NCBI GenBank assembly: GCA_963806035.1
Contig: CAWDWO010000009.1
Coordinates: 1-64,000 of the forward strand
DNA: 64,000 nucleotides
Source: Candidatus Krumholzibacteriota bacterium
Lineage (GTDB): Bacteria > Krumholzibacteriota > Krumholzibacteriia > JAJRXK01
Direction of reading: 5' to 3'
Shown: in pieces, positions 57,941 through 64,000 of the stretch
Numbering within the stretch: position 1 is the stretch's first letter
How the letters are laid out: every line of letters begins with the position of its first letter
Notes under the pieces: generated by a model
Databases searched by the model: none
Told to the model about the DNA's origin: nothing
What the model saw: only the letters and a program-made list of their open reading frames with translations
Program-made: the position numbers and the translations under genes

Positions 57941-59632
57941 TTGTTCGATTCAGAATCAAGACCTCACCGCGCCAAGCGGAGGGCCACTTTGGGGGCCAAG
58001 GGAATCTTGCTCGCTCTGGGCGCGCTCCTGCTTTGGGGGCTTTCCGCGGGTTGCCACGATGCCGCGCGCCAGATCGCGCCCAAACCCAAGAAGGTGATCC
58101 ACGACGGAGGCACCTTCCGCCTCGCCCAGGCTTCGCCGCGAAATCTGGATCCGGCGCGGCTGGAGAGCGTTTACGAGAGCACGGTCGTCAACCAGATCTT
58201 CGACGGCCTCGTCGCCTTCGACGAGAACCTCAATACCGTGCCCTCCCTGGCGGAAAGCTGGACGATTTCCCAGGACGGCACCGTCTACACCTTCCACATC
58301 AAACACGGCGTTCACTTTCACGACGGAAGCGAAGTCACCGCCAACGACTTCGCGTATTCGATCACGCGGACCTTCCAACTGCCCGAGGACCAGACCGAAC
58401 TGGCCAGGGAGTACCTCTCGCACATCAAGGGCACCGACGAGTTCGCCAAACGAAAGGTCGATCACATCACGGGCATCGAGGTGCTTTCCCCCTACGAGGT
58501 TCGCATCACTCTCAAGCGCCCCTTCGCCGCGTTCCTCATGGTTCTGGCCATGGACTGCGGTAAGGTGGTCCCCAAGCACTACGTCATGAGTATGGGCACT
58601 GAGGAATTCGGGCGGCATCCGGTCGGCGCCGGTCCCTTCGTGTTCGAGAAGTGGGTGCAGGATGAGGAAATCGTTCTCACCGCCTTCGACGACTACCATC
58701 TGGGCCGCGCGCACCTGGATTCCCTGGTGTTCGAAACGCCCAAGAACGACCGGCGCGATTACGCCACCAACGCCTTCCTGCGCACCCAGCTGGATCTTCT
58801 GGAGGTGCAGCCGGGTCAGGTCGACGATCTGGAGCAGCGCGCGGGAATCAAGCTCACCTCGCGCCAGGAGCTGAGCCTCACCTTCCTGGCCCTGAATCTG
58901 GAAAAGAAACCCTTCGACGACCGCAGGGTCCGCCAGGCCTTCGCCATGGCGGTGGACCGCAAAAACCTCTTCGGCACCCACGATTCCTCGCGCATGGTGC
59001 CCTGCGGCATTCTCCCGCCGGGCATGCCGGGCTATACCCGCATCTCCAAGCTGCTCCCTCACGACCACCATCGCGCGATGGAGCTGCTGGCAGAAGCCGG
59101 CTACCCCGATGGCAAGGGCCTTCCTCCCATCGAGCTCGTCACCGGGGATCAATCCGCGCAGGCCACCGTGTTCTATGCCAAGTTGGCGAGCGAGCTGGCC
59201 GAGGTGGGCTTCAAGGTCACCAACGAGCATCTGAGCTGGCTCGATTTCTTCTCCCGCCTCAAGGCGGGCGACGGCGGTTGTTTCACCCTGAATTGGGTCG
59301 CGGACATCCCCGACCCGGATTCGTTCCTCTATCCGTTATTCCATAGCCACGGCGCCACCAACTACGTGCACTACAAAAACGAGAACGTGGACGAGCTGCT
59401 CGACGCGGGCCGCCGCGCACGTTCCTCGCTCGATCGCCTGCAGGTCTATCGCGAAGCGGAACAGATGATCGTGGAAGATGCACCCATGGTGCCGCTGTTC
59501 CACACCGTGACGATTCTCGCGGCGCGTGACCAGGTCAAAGGTCTCGATCTGACTCCGATGGGAATCGGTAATCTCAACCTCAGGAAGGTCTGGTTCGAGC
59601 CGGTCCAGGTGGCGCAAGGAGCGGGGCAGTGA
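57941..59632 (+). CDS. Family 5 (DppA/OppA-like) solute-binding lipoprotein
   Basis: Lipobox LSAGC; 'LDPA..QIFDGLV..PSLAESWTISQDG.VYTF..GVHFHDG', 'PVGAGPF', 'PFDDRRVRQA'. Confidence 0.92.
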   Translation: MFDSESRPHRAKRRATLGAKGILLALGALLLWGLSAGCHDAARQIAPKPKKVIHDGGTFRLAQASPRNLDPARLESVYESTVVNQIFDGLVAFDENLNTVPSLAESWTISQDGTVYTFHIKHGVHFHDGSEVTANDFAYSITRTFQLPEDQTELAREYLSHIKGTDEFAKRKVDHITGIEVLSPYEVRITLKRPFAAFLMVLAMDCGKVVPKHYVMSMGTEEFGRHPVGAGPFVFEKWVQDEEIVLTAFDDYHLGRAHLDSLVFETPKNDRRDYATNAFLRTQLDLLEVQPGQVDDLEQRAGIKLTSRQELSLTFLALNLEKKPFDDRRVRQAFAMAVDRKNLFGTHDSSRMVPCGILPPGMPGYTRISKLLPHDHHRAMELLAEAGYPDGKGLPPIELVTGDQSAQATVFYAKLASELAEVGFKVTNEHLSWLDFFSRLKAGDGGCFTLNWVADIPDPDSFLYPLFHSHGATNYVHYKNENVDELLDAGRRARSSLDRLQVYREAEQMIVEDAPMVPLFHTVTILAARDQVKGLDLTPMGIGNLNLRKVWFEPVQVAQGAGQ

Positions 59633-61731
59633 TCAAGGATATCCGTAAACGATTCGCCTGGGATCGCAGGCAAATGAGGATGCAGACCAGGTTCATGGCC
59701 TACTTTGGCGCCGTGGTCGTAATGCTCATGACCTGCGTGATCCTGCTGATGGAGACGCGGCAATCCAACACCATGCTGCGGCAAACCGAGATTCGCGGCG
59801 CGGCGGTCGCGCACTCGATCGCCTCGGTGGTTCTGCAGAGTCTCTACGAGTACGACTACGTCTATCTGCAACAGGCGGCCGAGACGGCGGCGCGCGACGA
59901 GGGCGTGGCCTACGTGATCATCCTGGACAAGGAAGGCACGGTCGCCGCCTATAGCGGTCACCCCGAACGCGTGGGCCACCCTCCGGTGGATCCCTACAGC
60001 CGGCAGGTGGAGAAGGCCAACGAGCAGGTGATCAACCGCATCCACCGCCGACTCGACGGCGGGGTGGACGAGTCGCTCCTGGACATCGCGGTGCCGGTTC
60101 GCTCGGCGCAGGGCGGAGTGAAGTGGGGAACCATTCGCATCGGACTCTCGCTGCGCGCGATGAGCGCGGAGCTCGCGCGAACCCGCACCCTCTTGGTGGC
60201 TCTGGGATTGGGAGCGATCATGATCGTTCTGATCTCGGTGCGTTTCTTCTCGCGCCAGATCACCCAGCCCCTGGAGCAACTCGCCAGCGCAACCGCGACG
60301 GTGGCCAGCGGGAATCTCGAGCACGCCGTGAACGAGGACATCGTGGGAGAACTGGGAGACCTCGCCCACAGCTTCAACAAGATGACCAACGACTTGAAGC
60401 GCAGCCGCGACGCCATCCGCTACCAGAACCATCATCTGGAGAACATGGTGCAAGAGCGCACCGCGGCGCTGCGCGAGAAGGCGCGCGAGCTGGAGCGCGC
60501 GAACACCGAACTCAAGGAGCTCGACCGTCTCAAGAGCGACTTTCTCAGCAACGTCAGCCACGAGCTCAGGACTCCCCTGACCTCCATCCGCAGCTTCACC
60601 GAGATCCTGCTCGACCGGTCCGTTTCGGTCGAGGACGAGCAGCGGAGAGAGTTCCTGGAGATCATCTCCAGCCAGTCCGAGCGCTTGACCCGCTTGATCA
60701 GTGACCTGCTCGACCTCAGCAAAATCGAAGCGGGAGAGTTCCGCTGTCATCTGCAGAGTCTGGACCTGGAAGACGTGGTCCACCCCGTACTGGAGACCTT
60801 GCAGAGGCTGGCCGAGGAAAACGACATCGAGTTGGTCAACGAAGTCGGCGACGACTCCCCCACGGTCCTGGCGGACTTCGACCGGCTCAGTCAGGTCATC
60901 ACCAACCTGGTCGGCAATTCGCTGAAGTTCACCGATTCGGGCGGCACCATCACCGTCAGCGCGAAGGTTCACGACCACCGTCGCGGCGACTCGTGGAAGA
61001 AAATGGATTTCGCGGGCATGGAGGCCGACGCCCCCGAAGCAAAACAATATCTCATCGTCAGCGTCGAGGACACCGGCTGCGGCATCAAGCCCGAGGATCA
61101 AAAGCGAATCTTCGAGAAATTCGGCCAGGTGGGAAACGTCCTCACCGACAAACCCAAGGGAACCGGGCTCGGACTCACGATTTGCGGGACGATCATCGTG
61201 CACCATGGCGGTGCGCTCTGGGTCGAGAGCGAAGAGGGCAAGGGAAGCCGCTTCTCGTTCTCGCTGCCCGTGGTAACTCACACCTTCGAGACGGAGGATC
61301 CGAATCTCGAGAGTGACGAAGTTCGGGCCGCCGAAGAAGCGCAGAACATCCTGGCCGACGCCGTGCAACGCAGCGCGGTGGGGCCCAGACTTCTGGTGGT
61401 GGACGACGAACCTTCGGTGGTGAGTGCGATTTCACGCTTCCTGGAACCGCGCGGTTACGACAGCGTGGGCTGCTACAGTGGTGACGGCGCCCTGCACATG
61501 GCGCGCGAGATGAAACCCGATGCGATCCTCTTGGACATCCTGCTGCCCGATCGCAACGGTTTCGATGTGTTGAAGGACTTGAAATCCTCCAGGGATACCA
61601 AGGACATCCCCGTCATAGTCGTCTCTGGGCTCGACGACTCGAATACGGCTTACGAATTGGGCGCGGCGGAGTACATTCGCAAGCCGTTCGACATGGTTTC
61701 ACTTTTGGACAACGTGAGGGCCCTAGCATGA
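59629..61731 (+). CDS. Hybrid sensor histidine kinase (TM-periplasmic-TM-HAMP-HisKA-HATPase-REC)
   Basis: 'FLSNVSHELRTPLTSI', 'NLVGNSLKFT', 'DTGCGI', 'GTGLGL'; REC 'VVDDE..LLDI..KPF'; GTGA overlap with the SBP gene. Confidence 0.95.
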   Translation: MIKDIRKRFAWDRRQMRMQTRFMAYFGAVVVMLMTCVILLMETRQSNTMLRQTEIRGAAVAHSIASVVLQSLYEYDYVYLQQAAETAARDEGVAYVIILDKEGTVAAYSGHPERVGHPPVDPYSRQVEKANEQVINRIHRRLDGGVDESLLDIAVPVRSAQGGVKWGTIRIGLSLRAMSAELARTRTLLVALGLGAIMIVLISVRFFSRQITQPLEQLASATATVASGNLEHAVNEDIVGELGDLAHSFNKMTNDLKRSRDAIRYQNHHLENMVQERTAALREKARELERANTELKELDRLKSDFLSNVSHELRTPLTSIRSFTEILLDRSVSVEDEQRREFLEIISSQSERLTRLISDLLDLSKIEAGEFRCHLQSLDLEDVVHPVLETLQRLAEENDIELVNEVGDDSPTVLADFDRLSQVITNLVGNSLKFTDSGGTITVSAKVHDHRRGDSWKKMDFAGMEADAPEAKQYLIVSVEDTGCGIKPEDQKRIFEKFGQVGNVLTDKPKGTGLGLTICGTIIVHHGGALWVESEEGKGSRFSFSLPVVTHTFETEDPNLESDEVRAAEEAQNILADAVQRSAVGPRLLVVDDEPSVVSAISRFLEPRGYDSVGCYSGDGALHMAREMKPDAILLDILLPDRNGFDVLKDLKSSRDTKDIPVIVVSGLDDSNTAYELGAAEYIRKPFDMVSLLDNVRALA

Positions 61732-62123
61732 GCACCAACCAGGAACCCTACATTCTGGTAGCGGACGATGATGCTCTCGTCTTGAAATCGCTGCAGTTCA
61801 TCTTGCAGGGAGCGGGCTATCGCGTGGTCACGGTGGCTGACGGCGCCGCGGCTTTCGAACAATTGCACATCGAGAAGCCCAGGTTGGCGCTCCTGGACGT
61901 GATGATGCCGCACCTCAACGGGCTCGACCTCTGCCGGCGCATCAAGAACGACGATTCCTTGCGGGACATCACCGTCTTTCTGGTCACCGCCAGGGCCATG
62001 ACCGCCGAGCGCGAGCGCGGTCTCCAGGCGGGCGCCGACGAATACATCACCAAGCCCTTCAGCAATCGCGACATCATCGACAAGGTCGCCGAAGTGCTCT
62101 CTCCCAGCGAGAGCTCCAAGTAG
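61728..62123 (+). CDS. Single-domain response regulator
   Basis: 'ILVADDD', 'LLDVMMP', 'VTA', 'YITKPF'; ATGA overlap. Confidence 0.93.
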   Translation: MSTNQEPYILVADDDALVLKSLQFILQGAGYRVVTVADGAAAFEQLHIEKPRLALLDVMMPHLNGLDLCRRIKNDDSLRDITVFLVTARAMTAERERGLQAGADEYITKPFSNRDIIDKVAEVLSPSESSK

Positions 62124-62143
62124 CGCTTCCACCTCGCGCCGGC

Positions 62144-62944
62144 TCAAGCCTCCTCGAGTCCCTCAAGCCCCTCGAGCATCAAATCATCGTGCTCCTCGAC
62201 CTGCTCGGGAAAACTCCGACGCCAGTAGTAGACGGCCGCGTAGAAAAAGGGCGTGTCGCCCAGCGCCATCATGATCTTGAAGACCCAGCCGCTCACGATC
62301 ATCTGCGGGATGCGCACCTGGATGTCCGTCCCCACGAAGAGAAGGCACACCACCAGGGTGGTATCCACCAACTGGCTGGTGATGGTCGAGAAGTTGTTGC
62401 GAATCCACAGGTGCTTGCCCTTGGTGAGGCGGCGCCAAAAGTGGAAGAGCTGGATGTCGATCAGCTGGGCCACCAGATAGGCCACCATGCTCGCGGCGAC
62501 CGCGCGGCTGGTCCGGCCGAAAATCTGATGGAAATAGGTGTCGACCTTCTCCGCGGGAAACTCCTTCCCCGTCACCGCGTCCGCGCCGCTGAGTGTCCGC
62601 AGGGTCGAGTGAAACAGCCCGTTGTCCCCGGCGCGAATTTGGTCCGCGAGCACCACGACCACCACCACGAAGACGCTCGCGGCCAGGCCGGCGACCACCA
62701 CCTGGTTGGCCCTCTTCTTCCCGTAACACTCACTGAGAATGTCGGTGACGAGAAAGGTGATCGGGTAGGGGATGATCCCGGCCGAGAGATAGAAGAAGTT
62801 CTGGATCCCGAAGGGTTCCCAGACGAAGAATTTCTGTACGATGAGATTACAGACGACCAAAGAGGCGATGAAGACGGCACCCAGATAGACGTAAGCCTGC
62901 TCGTAGCGTTCTTCGACCGAATCCAAGCCCGGACGCGCGCTCAC
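62144..62944 (-). CDS. Queuosine precursor (preQ0/preQ1) transporter, YhhQ/DUF165 family
   Basis: 'YPITFLVTDILSECYG', 'ASMVAYLVAQLIDI', 'LWIRNNFSTITSQLVDT', 'DTPFFY'. Confidence 0.88.
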   Translation of the reverse strand: MSARPGLDSVEERYEQAYVYLGAVFIASLVVCNLIVQKFFVWEPFGIQNFFYLSAGIIPYPITFLVTDILSECYGKKRANQVVVAGLAASVFVVVVVVLADQIRAGDNGLFHSTLRTLSGADAVTGKEFPAEKVDTYFHQIFGRTSRAVAASMVAYLVAQLIDIQLFHFWRRLTKGKHLWIRNNFSTITSQLVDTTLVVCLLFVGTDIQVRIPQMIVSGWVFKIMMALGDTPFFYAAVYYWRRSFPEQVEEHDDLMLEGLEGLEEA

Positions 62945-62986
62945 GGAAGTACTCCTTCCATGAGCGCGCCAAGGGATCGTACCGAA

Positions 62987-64000
62987 TCAGTCGCCGCCAC
63001 TTGAACCCACTGCGTAGACGGGATCCACGTCCACCGGAATCGCCTTCAACCTGTCCAGCACCTTCTGCATGGCCGGCGTGATGTGCATGTACTTGTCGTG
63101 GAAACTCTGGGCCGCCGCGTGGTCGCCCAGCGCCTGAATCATGAGCAGGTCGTGAGCGAGGTCACGAATTCCCGCGCGGAAGTAGTCGGGCACCGGCCGG
63201 AAATGCCCGTCCTCGGTGATCTCGACCGCGCCGTGCTCGATGAGGTAGTTGAGCTGCATCACCACGCCCTCGCCGTGCGCCGAACCCACGCCGAAGCGCG
63301 CGGCGCGGAAGAAGCCCGCCACCACGGTCCACGGCAGGTCGACCACGAGCTGAGAATCGAGGACGCTCTTGTCGGACAGGGCGTAAAGATTGTAGATCCC
63401 CACCACGTCGGCCTTGGCCTCTTCGAAAGCGGAGTAGAGATCTTTCAGCTCCAGCCGCACCTCCGTCTCGCGGCCATCGACGGTGATCTTTCCCGGTCCC
63501 AGACCGTGCGCCAGCTCGTGGAAGAGGATGAAGTGGAAATAGGAATCGAAATTCAGATGCTCCCGCTCGGCCTGCGGCAAAACGACGGAGGCGATGGGGG
63601 TGAGGACCGCGTCATATTTGGCGCGGATGATGTTCTTCAGCAGCACTTTCTTGCTGCCCTTGGCCTCCCGCACGCGCTCGTCGTTGGGGAGATTGAACGC
63701 GAGAGTCTGCACTCCGGCGCGCGCATCGCCCGCGGTGTAGATTTCGTCGGCGACACGAATCGGCGAATCGCTTCCCCGGTCGAGGTTCTTGTGCTCGTCG
63801 GGAATGGGCAGATTGCGCTCGAGGAAGGGAAGCTCGCCCTTGAACTTGTCCAACGCCTCGCTGTCCTTGGGGTTGGCCACGCACAGGAAGGCCTCAAAGG
63901 AGGCCTTGTATCCGAAGAGTGCGTCCTCGTAGGTCTCGTAGGGACCGATCACGACTTCCAGATCGCCGGCCAGATCCATCCAGTCCATGTCGCTCTGGAA
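62987..64000 (-). CDS. Dipeptidyl-peptidase III-like (M49) metallopeptidase, 5' end outside window
   Basis: 'IGPYETYED', 'AFNLPNDERV', 'FHELAHGLGP', 'EEAKAD'. Confidence 0.88.
   Translation of the reverse strand, partial: FQSDMDWMDLAGDLEVVIGPYETYEDALFGYKASFEAFLCVANPKDSEALDKFKGELPFLERNLPIPDEHKNLDRGSDSPIRVADEIYTAGDARAGVQTLAFNLPNDERVREAKGSKKVLLKNIIRAKYDAVLTPIASVVLPQAEREHLNFDSYFHFILFHELAHGLGPGKITVDGRETEVRLELKDLYSAFEEAKADVVGIYNLYALSDKSVLDSQLVVDLPWTVVAGFFRAARFGVGSAHGEGVVMQLNYLIEHGAVEITEDGHFRPVPDYFRAGIRDLAHDLLMIQALGDHAAAQSFHDKYMHITPAMQKVLDRLKAIPVDVDPVYAVGSSGGD

Overview
High-GC bacterial chromosomal window, densely coding (~50 CDS), with no rRNA, tRNA, CRISPR array or transposase that I can recognise. 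Secreted proteins ending in YPNP(F/Y)...K-type beta-sandwich tails, two Omp85 proteins and a DUF222-like HNH gene suggest an FCB-superphylum candidate lineage such as Krumholzibacteriota, Eisenbacteria or Latescibacterota (inference only). The ORF track misses several things. (1) selD reads through an in-frame TGA at its catalytic position, with a SECIS-like hairpin 11 nt downstream, so it is a selenoprotein. (2) A DUF5916 outer-membrane gene carries two +1 frameshifts. (3) An AT-rich patch inside an alanine symporter gene contains a sigma70-like promoter pointing at a Mre11/Rad50-like pair. Other notable content: an 11-subunit complex I-like operon (nuoABCDHIJKLMN, no nuoEFG) divergent from an ArsR-rlmH-[2Fe-2S] ferredoxin unit; an orphan peptide-binding protein translationally coupled to a hybrid histidine kinase; an apparently inactive CHAT lipoprotein; an NYN-S1 RNase; and many short tandem repeats of 12-21 bp. 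All family calls come from motif recognition by eye, with no database searches. I did not find an unambiguous novel multi-gene system. The best candidates are the HNH element, the SBP-kinase sensor, and the complex I/ferredoxin pairing.
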